Below are positions 1 through 9,583 of a stretch of 32,000 nucleotides of DNA, piece after piece. The DNA lies in the NCBI GenBank assembly GCA_048886185.1, contig JBHLKY010000020.1, positions 49,550 through 81,549 on the forward strand. Direction: 5' to 3'. The first letter of the stretch is position 1. Each line of letters begins with the position of its first letter. The position numbers and the translations under genes are program-made. The DNA is from Candidatus Hermodarchaeota archaeon. Lineage in GTDB: Archaea > Asgardarchaeota > Heimdallarchaeia > Hodarchaeales > Hodarchaeaceae. Under the pieces are notes generated by a model, which saw nothing but the letters and a program-made list of their open reading frames with translations, was not told the origin of the DNA and ran no database searches.

Positions 1-2
1 TC

Positions 3-98
3 TCGCACGAAATGGCTATAGAAAATCTTGAAAATAGTCTATTATTAATGAAAAATACAAATATTGAGGTTCAAAAGATAATTATAAGCCACTCATGA
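3..98 (+). CDS. possible 3' end of an upstream gene (partial, hypothetical)
   Basis: Frame 3 is open from the window start to TGA at 96-98 (SHEMAIENLENSLLLMKNTNIEVQKIIISHS*). Too short to assign a family. Confidence 0.3.
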   Translation, partial: SHEMAIENLENSLLLMKNTNIEVQKIIISHS

Positions 99-274
99 CT
101 ACAAATAAAATTTTCTCAATAATTTTAATCTAATAGGGAACGATAGAGGGAATTCTTTCCTTCTTAAGAAGTGCCTCAAAAATTAGTTTTATAAACCTAT
201 TTGTAAAAACCATACATAAATTGGTAAAATGTAATAATTTTACATTTTTATTAAGAAAAAGTGAGGAATTTTTT

Positions 275-451
275 ATGTTGAGCTCCTTTAATCCAAAAAA
301 ATACTTTCATAGATTTTACAAAAAAGAAGGAATCATGCAGAAGAAGAAAGAAATGAATCAAGAAATCCATAGTGACTTTTTGAGGTACCTACGACGTAAA
401 AAAAGGCATCGACCTACTAATTTTCTTCCATTCTATTGGCGGAATGTATAA
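275..451 (+). CDS. small basic hypothetical protein (58 aa; alternative ATG at 335)
   Basis: GTGAGG SD at 261-266 precedes ATG 275. K/R-rich product. A T-tract follows the stop. Confidence 0.35.
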   Translation: MLSSFNPKKYFHRFYKKEGIMQKKKEMNQEIHSDFLRYLRRKKRHRPTNFLPFYWRNV

Positions 452-513
452 CTATAATCTTTGGGGGTTTTTTCTCAAGTTCGTGTATAATATTTCGTTT
501 TTCATCGAATATG

Positions 514-543
514 TCAGCATGTATGCTAATAAAACGCGTTTTA
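514..543. promoter_or_regulatory. tandem palindromes upstream of the serine hydrolase (candidate operator)
   Basis: AGCAT-gt-ATGCT at 516-527 and the perfect 14-bp palindrome TAAAACGCGTTTTA at 530-543, 50-80 nt upstream of ATG 594. Confidence 0.3.
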
Positions 544-593
544 GCTCAATTATTGATTTTTTATAGCCATGGTCACAACGATTGGTGTTTAAA

Positions 594-1691
594 ATGATTA
601 ATATACCTAACCATATTACAAAAATCGATGAATCGCTATTTAGGGAACTACAGGATATTTTAGATCAAGAATTAAAGACATCTAAAGGTATAGGTGCTTC
701 AGTTGCAGTTCTCTTTCCAACACAGGATATATGGATTGGAACTAGTGGTATGTCTGATCCTCTAAATTCGGAGACTATACAATCCGACACATTATTTTAT
801 ATTGGGAGTATCAATAAGAACTTCATTGCGGCTCTGATATTAAAATTAGTCGAGGAAGGTAGACTCACTTTAGAAGATAAGATATATAACTGGCTTCCCT
901 CGCATGAAAACATAAATAATGAAATTATTATCCGTCAGCTTTTAAACCACACAAGTGGTATCTTTGATTACATTGAACACACAAATTCTTACGACAAAAA
1001 AAGACTTGTTTATTTTGATTTGTCAAAAATTTGGACACCTGAAGAGATTATCTCTAGATTTCTAAAAAAGCCTTATTTTCCTCCTGGCAAAGGATGGCAT
1101 TACTCGTCAACTAATTATTTGCTTCTTATGATGATTATTGAATCTATAACACAATCGAAGATATTCTATGAAATTCGACACCGACTCTTAGATCCACTGG
1201 GCCTTAAAAGCATTTTTTTCGATTACTATGAAAAAATCCCACCTGAGTTCCCAATCGCACATAATTGGTTTGATTTAAACCAGAATGGAACTTTAATTGA
1301 TCTTATGACTAAACCTAGGGATGCTATTGCAACCTGGGCTTATGGTGAAATGTACTCAAATGCCACAGATCTCGTAAAATGGTTTGATTATCTTTTTCAT
1401 GGTAAAGTCATAAATAATTACTCTTTAGAAAAAATGTTAACTTTTATCTACCCTACACCAGGCGAGAATTGGATGGAAGGATATGGTTTAGGAATTGGAG
1501 AAAGCAGCTTTGGTAAATTGAAGTATTGGTTACATGCAGGTTCGATCTTCGGTTATACTTCAGCTGTAGTACATATACCTTCTATTAACCTATCTTTGGC
1601 AATATTAGGAAATGATAATACAGTAAGTGTGGAATCCATTGGATATGCACTTGTTGCAACAATTTTATCCTACTTTCAGTCCCTTGGATAA
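594..1691 (+). CDS. serine hydrolase, beta-lactamase/AmpC-like family (family VIII esterase or peptidase type)
   Basis: SxxK (GSINK), LLNHTSG, YSSTNY (YxN-position variant) and HAG motifs. GGTG SD before ATG 594; the ORF track starts at TTG 582. No obvious signal peptide. Confidence 0.9.
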   Translation: MINIPNHITKIDESLFRELQDILDQELKTSKGIGASVAVLFPTQDIWIGTSGMSDPLNSETIQSDTLFYIGSINKNFIAALILKLVEEGRLTLEDKIYNWLPSHENINNEIIIRQLLNHTSGIFDYIEHTNSYDKKRLVYFDLSKIWTPEEIISRFLKKPYFPPGKGWHYSSTNYLLLMMIIESITQSKIFYEIRHRLLDPLGLKSIFFDYYEKIPPEFPIAHNWFDLNQNGTLIDLMTKPRDAIATWAYGEMYSNATDLVKWFDYLFHGKVINNYSLEKMLTFIYPTPGENWMEGYGLGIGESSFGKLKYWLHAGSIFGYTSAVVHIPSINLSLAILGNDNTVSVESIGYALVATILSYFQSLG

Positions 1692-1843
1692 TATAACAAA
1701 TAACATAATAATACTTATTTATGATTTTATGCCATACACTCGTTGCAATGAAAATAAGGTTAATTACTCAAGAATTAATTGACCATAGAGATAATAGCTT
1801 GAAAAGGGGTGAGACTGTTTTCAATAATGAGGAGTAGACTCCA

Positions 1844-4300
1844 GTGAAGAATGAGCTAATATTAGATAATTGGTTTTATAAAATATTTAAAATAAATGAA
1901 AAAGAGATTTTTATTAACAAAGTCAAAAATAATCTATCAATAAGCTCATTAAGGGAAGAATTAAAACCTTTTAGAAATCCTGGTTCACTGCAATCAAATT
2001 TTGTTGAAACAAAGAAATTTAATCCTTATTTTGAAGATAATATAAAAAAAATCACCCATTTAGAAAAATTTTGCTTGTTGTTGATAACTGATTTTTCTCT
2101 AAAAGATCCTAATGATGATTATTTCCTTTGGTTTAGTTATATTGATACAATGGGACAGATCTTTTTGAATGGAGTTGAGATTAAAAATACTGTTAGTGCA
2201 TTTACTCATTATAGGATTCATTTACCAAACGACCTTCTTAAACCGATTAATACTCTTGTTATCATTATTTCTCCACCTATGAGTTTTGTAAACAAAGAGA
2301 TCGATATGGAAGGGGTAGAATACAAAGATCGAGTATATGTTCGACGTCCAGCATATAATTATGGATGGGATTTTGCTCCAAGATCATTGTTAGTGGGTAT
2401 TGGAGAAAGTAAAATCTTTAAGGAGGGAAATATCTCTTTTTCTGATCTATTTATATTGACAAAATCCATTTCAGGTGATTTAGCGAAACTATCGGTTTCA
2501 GTTACCTTAAATAGTGATATAGAGGGAAGAATTGAACTCGAATTGAAAATCATTGACTTATATAGCTATAAACCTGTATTTTCAGAGAATTTTTCACTAA
2601 TCCTTGATCTTGGGTTGAATGAATTGAATAAATCTATTGACCTGAAGAACTATCAGCTTTGGTGGCCGAATGGATTGGGTAATCAACAAATTTATCAGTT
2701 AATCATTTCTGAAAAAGTCACTAACTCCAGCATTGAAACAAGATTCGGAATCAGAACAGTTAAACTTATCTTAAAAGAGGAAGAAGAGAATAAATTCATT
2801 TTTGAGATTAATGGTAAAAGAATATTTGCTAAAGGTGCTAATTGGGTGCCTACTGACTCTTTGACAAATTATGGAACAGAGGAAAAATATAGAAAGCTTT
2901 TAACACTTGCTAAAGAAGCTAATTTCAATATGATTAGGATCTGGGGTGGAGGTGTCGTTGAAAATGATATTTTTTACGATATCTGTGATGAACTTGGTTT
3001 ATTGATATGGCATGATTTCCAATTTGCTTGTAGTATTTATCCTGAGCACAAACAATTTCTTTCTATTGTAGAAGTTGAAATTACTTCCATTGTTACGCGT
3101 TTAAGAAACCATCCTTCAATAATTCTTTGGTGTGGGAATAATGAAAACGAATGGATCGATTTTCAGCATTTTACAAGCAATTTTCGGGAAAATAACAGAA
3201 TTGGTGAAAAACTTCATCAAATAAAGGAGCGAGTATGTTCACAGTTAGATCATTCTAGGCCTTATTGGCGTACAAGTCCATGGAGTCCTTCAGCTGAGAT
3301 CTCTTATGATGTTGACCCTAATTCAATGGATGAGGGGAATTATCATGATTGGTGTGTCTGGCATGGTGTTGGACAGCCGAATTTTGAACCACCAGAATAT
3401 GAAGAGTATAGAAATAACAAAGCGAAATTCATCACAGAATTTGGAATACAGAGTTTTCCATCTAAACATACCATAAACAGAATTTTCAGCAAAAAAACTC
3501 AATCTAAGCCAAATGAGATCTGGAACTTCCATAACTGTGATGTACACAAAATAAAGGTCAATATGAAGAAAATGGGAAATCCAAAAAACATTGATGAATG
3601 GATTCTTTTCACACAAGCAGCCCAAGCATTTGGCATGAAATATGCAATAGAAACGTGGAGAGCTAGGAAATTTGATACTGGGGGAGTATTGGTATGGCAG
3701 TTTAATGAACCATGGCCAACGATCTGTTGGTCATTAATAGATTATTATTTTATCCCTAAAATAGCGTATTGGACATTAAAAAGATCTTTTAAGTTAGTTC
3801 TTATAGTAAAAGTCCCAGATGAGAATAATCTTATCATAATTAATGATTTATTTAAAACTATAAAAGGAACTCTAAGAATTAGAAAATTTAAGTTTAATAG
3901 CGAAATAATACATGAGGAAGATTACAAATTATCGGTTAAATCTAATTCCAAGAAAGAAATTTCCTTAGGATCATTGAACATAAATTTTGATGAGTTTTTA
4001 TGGGCAGAATTTAGAAATAATGACATCATCACAGAGAATATTGTATTACCATGTGATCCAGTAGATATTGACTTTCCTGATCCAACTATCCAGATGAAGT
4101 TAGATAATCAGAGCTTAACTCTCATATCAAAAGAATTTGCATTTTTAGTACATCTTCCTGATGAACTTGAGCCAACTGACAATTATTTTCATCTGATTCC
4201 CAATATTCCAAGAGAAATAAAGCTTAAACACCCTTTAGACAATCAAAAATTAAGAGTTTCAATATGGAATAAACCTCTCAAAGAGATTCGATTAATTTAA
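1844..4300 (+). CDS. glycoside hydrolase family 2, beta-mannosidase
   Basis: GANWVP, RIWGGG, WHDFQFAC, RLRNHPSIILWCGNNE (acid/base Glu), TEFG (nucleophile Glu) and WQFNEPWP motifs. GTG start with GAGGAG SD. Confidence 0.92.
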   Translation: MKNELILDNWFYKIFKINEKEIFINKVKNNLSISSLREELKPFRNPGSLQSNFVETKKFNPYFEDNIKKITHLEKFCLLLITDFSLKDPNDDYFLWFSYIDTMGQIFLNGVEIKNTVSAFTHYRIHLPNDLLKPINTLVIIISPPMSFVNKEIDMEGVEYKDRVYVRRPAYNYGWDFAPRSLLVGIGESKIFKEGNISFSDLFILTKSISGDLAKLSVSVTLNSDIEGRIELELKIIDLYSYKPVFSENFSLILDLGLNELNKSIDLKNYQLWWPNGLGNQQIYQLIISEKVTNSSIETRFGIRTVKLILKEEEENKFIFEINGKRIFAKGANWVPTDSLTNYGTEEKYRKLLTLAKEANFNMIRIWGGGVVENDIFYDICDELGLLIWHDFQFACSIYPEHKQFLSIVEVEITSIVTRLRNHPSIILWCGNNENEWIDFQHFTSNFRENNRIGEKLHQIKERVCSQLDHSRPYWRTSPWSPSAEISYDVDPNSMDEGNYHDWCVWHGVGQPNFEPPEYEEYRNNKAKFITEFGIQSFPSKHTINRIFSKKTQSKPNEIWNFHNCDVHKIKVNMKKMGNPKNIDEWILFTQAAQAFGMKYAIETWRARKFDTGGVLVWQFNEPWPTICWSLIDYYFIPKIAYWTLKRSFKLVLIVKVPDENNLIIINDLFKTIKGTLRIRKFKFNSEIIHEEDYKLSVKSNSKKEISLGSLNINFDEFLWAEFRNNDIITENIVLPCDPVDIDFPDPTIQMKLDNQSLTLISKEFAFLVHLPDELEPTDNYFHLIPNIPREIKLKHPLDNQKLRVSIWNKPLKEIRLI

Positions 4301-4394
4301 TTGTTATTATACTATTCTCTCTACTAGATTCATCCCTTCTATCTTAAATTCAATTAGAAAAAAATCTAGGAACTTTTGTAAAAGCAGTAATTAA

Positions 4395-6440
4395 TCATTT
4401 GAGCTTAAATACTAAGCCTATTAATGCAATCATTAGAAGAATTGTCCCGTAAAAAGCACCCACAAAAGGTGAAAGATTAATTGGTTTTTGAATAGTGAAC
4501 CTATCTGAAATTTCCGATCTAATGAAGCCTAGAGAATCATAAGCTTCAATTTTAATTCGATAGTTTCCTTGAGATATACTACGAATATTCCACTTGAAAT
4601 AACTCACTTCTCCCTTGGTGCTTAGAAGTGTCCAGTTGGTACCGTTATCAACAGAGTAATAAACATCATACATTAATTCATGTCCTAAATTATCATTAGT
4701 CATCCATGTTATTTCCAAAGTAGGTTCCGTAAATGTTTCTCCACTCAAAGGAGAAAGAAGAATTATTTTGGCTATATGGTTAGGAAAGTCTGAAGGGGCT
4801 GAATCATGATTCCTAAGGAAAAGATACCTCTCCTCAAATTCTCCAGGAACCCAGTAATAACCTTCACCCGTCCAATCGGACCAGAAATTCGATGATAGAT
4901 TATTATCCAGACCAGAATCGAACATATTCACATCATTATCATGAAAATCATTTTCCATAACCAGATTATGCTGTGAATTGTCCACTAATATTCCTACCCC
5001 TATTTCATCCGTTGTTTTGCTAGCGGAGATTGAATTATTAGCAATAACATTATTATCGGATTGATTAGTTAACTTGATGCTATTGATGTTGCTATAGAAC
5101 GAATTATGACTGATAAAAATACCTTTAGCGTCTTCAAGTAATAATCCCTCATTGTGTCTTGAAATCGTGTTCTGGCTTATGAAACATTCATCAACGCCTT
5201 TTAGATAAATACCAACTTGGTTATTCTGAAGATTATTATGAAGTATCTGACAATTACTGAGATTATTAAGACAGATTCCTATAACTCCCCCAGATAATAT
5301 ATTGTCAGTAATCTGAAAATAGTAATCTACATTTTTAATATTTATTAAATTCAACGAAATTTTATCAGTAAATATGAATCCACTAATGATATAGGGATCT
5401 ATAGAGCTTCCAGCACCTTTTAGATTGAAATCTTTCACTATAAGATCAAATTCTTTATTTCCATCAATTATAATTGAATGAAGATCAAAATCTGCGTAAG
5501 AATATACCTGTGTTTCATAATTAAGATATATTCGGTCTAGAACTACATAATTCTTAGTTACTATGATTTGAGTAACTATAAGAGATGTCTCTCCTATTTG
5601 TGAATTTCGTAGTAATGCTGCATCAAGGGATACTGAAATCTCATTTATTCCTTCCTCTAGAAAGCTTTGATTCACACTTTTGAGAACCCCCGTAAAGGAA
5701 TCAGTGTCAGGTACCACCTCCATTTCGATATGATACATTCCCCTCTTAAGAATATCTATCCTTATCTCAATAATTAAATGATCAAAATACGAATCGAAAT
5801 CGGAATCTACAACACGTTCCCCAATTATGCCTAATATCAGCAGAAAGTGATCAAATTCCTCACGTAAGTATACACGAGTAGTGTAGGAATCTGTATCTGT
5901 AAATATTGGCGCAGAAAATTGGGTAAAATTAATAATATTGATTTCCTTTATATGGAATGATACATTATAACCAAATGAAAGGAATGATTCAGCTGTAGCT
6001 ACTGGGATACTCAAATTATTAATCCCTATGGACAAAAGCTCTTTTCTCGATATTTCAATAGGTTCAATAGAAAAAGGAGTTATACCTTGCACTAAGGGTT
6101 GAATAAGAAGAGTTATAGTAAAGGGAGTAGGAACATACTGAGTCATGTTGATTTCAACGAATAAAACAACACGATCAAGAAGAGAAGAATTATCCAAATC
6201 TTCTCCCAAATCGGAGTAGTTAACATAAACTACTGGTAATGTGGATGTTTGTTCTATTATGGAAATAGTTGAATCTATTTTAGAAGGAAAAGTATCACAC
6301 TCACCGAGGACTTCTAACTTTGTTGTTTTGATTTCTAATGCTTCTTTGTCTAATCTAGGAAGAATTAGAAGGAAAATAATCATTATTAATACTTTAGTTG
6401 AACAATTCATAATATTAGAACCAGATAATATTTTTCTCAA
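4395..6440 (-). CDS. membrane-anchored cell-surface protein: two beta-sandwich repeats, parallel beta-helix (NosD/CASH-like) repeats, Ig-like domain, C-terminal TM helix
   Basis: N-terminal hydrophobic stretch (VLIMIIFLLILP), IIIDGN...GAGSSIDPYII motif, Asn-rich GIxLxxxxNxxIxxN repeats, NFWSDW, YDVYYSVDNGTNW, and terminal hydrophobic helix with basic tail (FKLK). The start may be ATG 6410. Confidence 0.8.
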   Translation of the reverse strand: MRKILSGSNIMNCSTKVLIMIIFLLILPRLDKEALEIKTTKLEVLGECDTFPSKIDSTISIIEQTSTLPVVYVNYSDLGEDLDNSSLLDRVVLFVEINMTQYVPTPFTITLLIQPLVQGITPFSIEPIEISRKELLSIGINNLSIPVATAESFLSFGYNVSFHIKEINIINFTQFSAPIFTDTDSYTTRVYLREEFDHFLLILGIIGERVVDSDFDSYFDHLIIEIRIDILKRGMYHIEMEVVPDTDSFTGVLKSVNQSFLEEGINEISVSLDAALLRNSQIGETSLIVTQIIVTKNYVVLDRIYLNYETQVYSYADFDLHSIIIDGNKEFDLIVKDFNLKGAGSSIDPYIISGFIFTDKISLNLINIKNVDYYFQITDNILSGGVIGICLNNLSNCQILHNNLQNNQVGIYLKGVDECFISQNTISRHNEGLLLEDAKGIFISHNSFYSNINSIKLTNQSDNNVIANNSISASKTTDEIGVGILVDNSQHNLVMENDFHDNDVNMFDSGLDNNLSSNFWSDWTGEGYYWVPGEFEERYLFLRNHDSAPSDFPNHIAKIILLSPLSGETFTEPTLEITWMTNDNLGHELMYDVYYSVDNGTNWTLLSTKGEVSYFKWNIRSISQGNYRIKIEAYDSLGFIRSEISDRFTIQKPINLSPFVGAFYGTILLMIALIGLVFKLK

Positions 6441-6559
6441 GTAATCTCAAGATTTGATCATTAGATCTTTTTCTGTTTAGCAAAACATCCTTTTTTGCCT
6501 GAAGTTTTAGATATAATAATAATTTATTTCAATAAGTATCTATCTTGTAGGTGGTATAA

Positions 6560-7399
6560 ATGAGTAACGACACAAAGTTTGGTGTATATATTGCCAATTA
6601 TGGAGTTTTTACAGATCCTCAAGAGTATATAAAGCTATCAATTATAGCAGAAGAAAGTAATTGGGATGGTTTTTTTATTTGGGATCACATATATCTAAAT
6701 AAAGATAATCCTGAGCCAACATTTGATCCATGGATATTGTTAGCAAGTGTAGCTGCAAAAACAGAAAAATTGAGAATGGGTACAACTGTGACTGCATTAG
6801 CGAGAAGGAGACCATGGAAAATCGCAAGAGAGACAGTTTCATTAGATCGATTGTCTAATGGAAGATTAATATTAGGAGTTGGATTAGGAGTAGATACTGA
6901 ATTCAGTGATTTCGGCGAAAATAGTGACCCTCAAGTTCGTGGAAAGAAATTGGATGAAGCACTCGACATCTTAGTAGGATTATGGACAGGTGAACCATTC
7001 TCTTATCAAGGTGAATATTATAGGATGAATGAGGTTCAATTCATTCCTAAACCAATACAGGAATCAATACCAATTTGGGTTGGAGGTACCTGGCCAAATA
7101 AAAAGCCTTTTAAACGAGCAGCAAAATTTAATGGGATTTTTCCTCTTAGAGAAGGATTTAACGAACCCTTGTGGCCAGATGATATGAAAGAGATAATTAA
7201 ATTCATTAAACTTCATCAAAAAATCCCAAAATCCTTTGACGTTATACATACTGTCGTCACTTCAACTAAAAAAGAAGAAAATCAATGGATACACGACTAC
7301 ATTGAGGCTGGAGTAACTTGGATCGTTGAGTGCATTTATCCTGGTCGTGATTCCATTAAAAATATTCAAAAGATAGTACAACAGGGGCCACCAGTGTAA
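6560..7399 (+). CDS. LLM-class flavin/F420-dependent oxidoreductase (luciferase-like monooxygenase family)
   Basis: WDGFFIWDH, DPWILLASVAAKT, RRRPWKIARE, LDRLSNGRLILGVGLG and PIWVGG motifs. Confidence 0.92.
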   Translation: MSNDTKFGVYIANYGVFTDPQEYIKLSIIAEESNWDGFFIWDHIYLNKDNPEPTFDPWILLASVAAKTEKLRMGTTVTALARRRPWKIARETVSLDRLSNGRLILGVGLGVDTEFSDFGENSDPQVRGKKLDEALDILVGLWTGEPFSYQGEYYRMNEVQFIPKPIQESIPIWVGGTWPNKKPFKRAAKFNGIFPLREGFNEPLWPDDMKEIIKFIKLHQKIPKSFDVIHTVVTSTKKEENQWIHDYIEAGVTWIVECIYPGRDSIKNIQKIVQQGPPV

Positions 7400-7422
7400 T
7401 AAGTCAGCTGAAAGGGTTTATA

Positions 7423-7851
7423 TTAATTTAATAATTTAAGTTTGAACAAATATTGAAGATAACTACCCTCTCGTTCTAATTTAATTAATAAATCTAATCT
7501 GCTTTGATAAAATTCAATACTTTCATAGAGAAAGGGCAGACGAGAAGAAAAGAACTTCCGTAATTCAGGGTGTGATGTCACCTTCTTATACATTCTAGCT
7601 TTCATTTTTAATAAACAATGACATCCTTTTGTTCTTTGCTTCATTTTATAAATAACGGTTAAAATGTCTTCAAGGTGTTGATCGATATTGTTATATTTTG
7701 CATGCCTGATTTTATGACATATAGAAGATATCTTTCTAAGCTGCCGTAAATTATAGGTCCGATAATGCTCATCATCACTATCTAAGAGTAGAGTTTGTTC
7801 GAAATCAATTATTTTTTTGTTATAAGCTAAAAATTCATGAACAAGTTCCAT
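7423..7851 (-). CDS. hypothetical protein (about 142 aa, helical, basic)
   Basis: ORF with GGAG SD 8 nt before ATG 7851 (ORF track TTG 7869). It fills the gap between neighbouring genes. No family recognised. Confidence 0.6.
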   Translation of the reverse strand: MELVHEFLAYNKKIIDFEQTLLLDSDDEHYRTYNLRQLRKISSICHKIRHAKYNNIDQHLEDILTVIYKMKQRTKGCHCLLKMKARMYKKVTSHPELRKFFSSRLPFLYESIEFYQSRLDLLIKLEREGSYLQYLFKLKLLN

Positions 7852-8067
7852 ATAATTTACTCCAGTCAATTTACATAAAATATAAGTATTATGGAATATT
7901 AAAACCTATCTCGAGAATCTTTCCGGGAATCTATAGCTTCCTTAAAAAGAACAAGGTAAAAACATATTTTTTGTCGGAATTGTTCTTTATACTCTAATTA
8001 CATTTGGGTAAGAAATATCCTTTTGAAGAATTCTATCAGTAACGGAGAATACATCTATTATAATTGA

Positions 8068-8754
8068 ATGTGTATCACTATGTGCTTAGTAATTGAGTGG
8101 CAAGATAAAGGAGAAGAAGTAATATTTCTTATTAATACCTCTATTAAGAAATATAGGGCAGCTCTTAGAAAACTACAATATCCTGAATTAGAAGAGGGGT
8201 TTGGAAGAAGCTTTCCTAAAGATATTCCACACCTAGACAAATATTTCAAGAGATTTAGGAAAATTGCTTTGGAAATGCTCAAACAAACAACCGATGAAGT
8301 ACCTACACCGTGGGAAAAGACATTGATAGCCTTCATGAAATTAATAGGATCTAATCCTCTCCATTGGTGGGTAACAGGAAGTTGTGCGTTGGCTTTATAT
8401 GGTGTGGAGATTTCTCCACGAGATATTGATCTTGTGACAAATTATGAAAGTGCTTTAAAATTGGGGGAACTTCTTGATGATTATATCTACGAACCAGTAA
8501 TTGAACCGCAGGATTGGTTCTGTAAATGGTTTGGAAGAGCATTTTTGCACATGCGAATTGAATGGATTGGAGGAGTATATGAAGACGAAAGCATACAGAT
8601 TCAGAAAGATTTTGGTTATTTAGCAGAAAAGCAATTACAAAATATAAAGTGGAGAAATTATGTCATAAAAGTACCACCATTAGAGACCTTATTAGAGCAG
8701 ACTGAAAGACGTGGATTAGATAGTAGAGCTGAAAAGATTAAAAAAATGTTGTAA
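8068..8754 (+). CDS. nucleotidyltransferase-family protein (Pol-beta superfamily) with N-terminal extension
   Basis: WWVTGSCALALYG...PRDIDL signature (GS plus DxD). The start could be ATG 8080. Confidence 0.8.
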   Translation: MCITMCLVIEWQDKGEEVIFLINTSIKKYRAALRKLQYPELEEGFGRSFPKDIPHLDKYFKRFRKIALEMLKQTTDEVPTPWEKTLIAFMKLIGSNPLHWWVTGSCALALYGVEISPRDIDLVTNYESALKLGELLDDYIYEPVIEPQDWFCKWFGRAFLHMRIEWIGGVYEDESIQIQKDFGYLAEKQLQNIKWRNYVIKVPPLETLLEQTERRGLDSRAEKIKKML

Positions 8755-8758
8755 TTAT

Positions 8759-9532
8759 TTAATCGATTGTGTTCCAACGGCGGTCTTTCATATCCTGCTC
8801 ATAACGATTAAACCATCCTTCACTCGGTTGAGGCCAGTCCCTGAAATTTAATAATAAATCATAGAACTCTGTTGCGGTTGTTAAGCAAGGATTTTGTATT
8901 AATTTCTTCATAAAATAAATAAAATCTTTGGGTTTCTTTTTTGCTTCCTCTAACTGGTTCAAAAACCACTTTCGACCAGGATAAAACATCTTATTATGAG
9001 TTAAAATCATTCTCCCTCCAAATAATGTTATGAGTATTGCTGTTTGGTATAAAACATAAATATTTTTACTATAATGTCCATATTCAAGATAAGAATAATG
9101 CATCTTGACTTGACTATAAAAACATTCTAATCTATTTTCAATATTAGCAGAAGGAAATGTAGTAATTTGCTTCAATAAAGTATCTAGATTTGGTACTTTC
9201 GAAAAAATAACGTTTGATCCAACAAAAGCATACCTAGAAACATCAGAACCATTGTTAATTAGCCACTTCAACATATTCACAGTCTTTGCAGACCCATTTG
9301 CTTCAATACAAGGAGGAATACAAAAAGAATTAATATTGAATTGGATATCGGAATTACGTTCTCTAGTTTTATACTCATCATCTGATACCACTAAAATGAA
9401 ATCAATATCAGATTCAGGGCCTGCTGACCCACGAGCTACAGAGCCGTTAGTGATAAAAGCTAAAACATTTGGATCGTGAATGAAATGCAACTTAATGTTA
9501 TTTATAATCTGCTTATGATGTTCATGGAGCAT
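8759..9532 (-). CDS. nucleotidyltransferase domain protein (Pol-beta superfamily) with C-terminal helical domain
   Basis: GSVARG...SDIDF signature followed by a helical C-terminal half. Confidence 0.85.
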   Translation of the reverse strand: MLHEHHKQIINNIKLHFIHDPNVLAFITNGSVARGSAGPESDIDFILVVSDDEYKTRERNSDIQFNINSFCIPPCIEANGSAKTVNMLKWLINNGSDVSRYAFVGSNVIFSKVPNLDTLLKQITTFPSANIENRLECFYSQVKMHYSYLEYGHYSKNIYVLYQTAILITLFGGRMILTHNKMFYPGRKWFLNQLEEAKKKPKDFIYFMKKLIQNPCLTTATEFYDLLLNFRDWPQPSEGWFNRYEQDMKDRRWNTID

Positions 9533-9583
9533 AAAATAACCTAGAGTGATTTTCTTTATTTATTTTAGCAGATCAATAGATGA

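Noticed and set aside
594-1691. True beta-lactam resistance gene
   Set aside because: No signal peptide, a variant YxN motif and an apparently archaeal context. The fold is shared by many esterases and peptidases.
8068-9532. MNT-HEPN toxin-antitoxin or CBASS-like defence system
   Set aside because: The genes are convergent, too long for minimal NTases, and have no adjacent HEPN (Rx4-6H) or effector gene.
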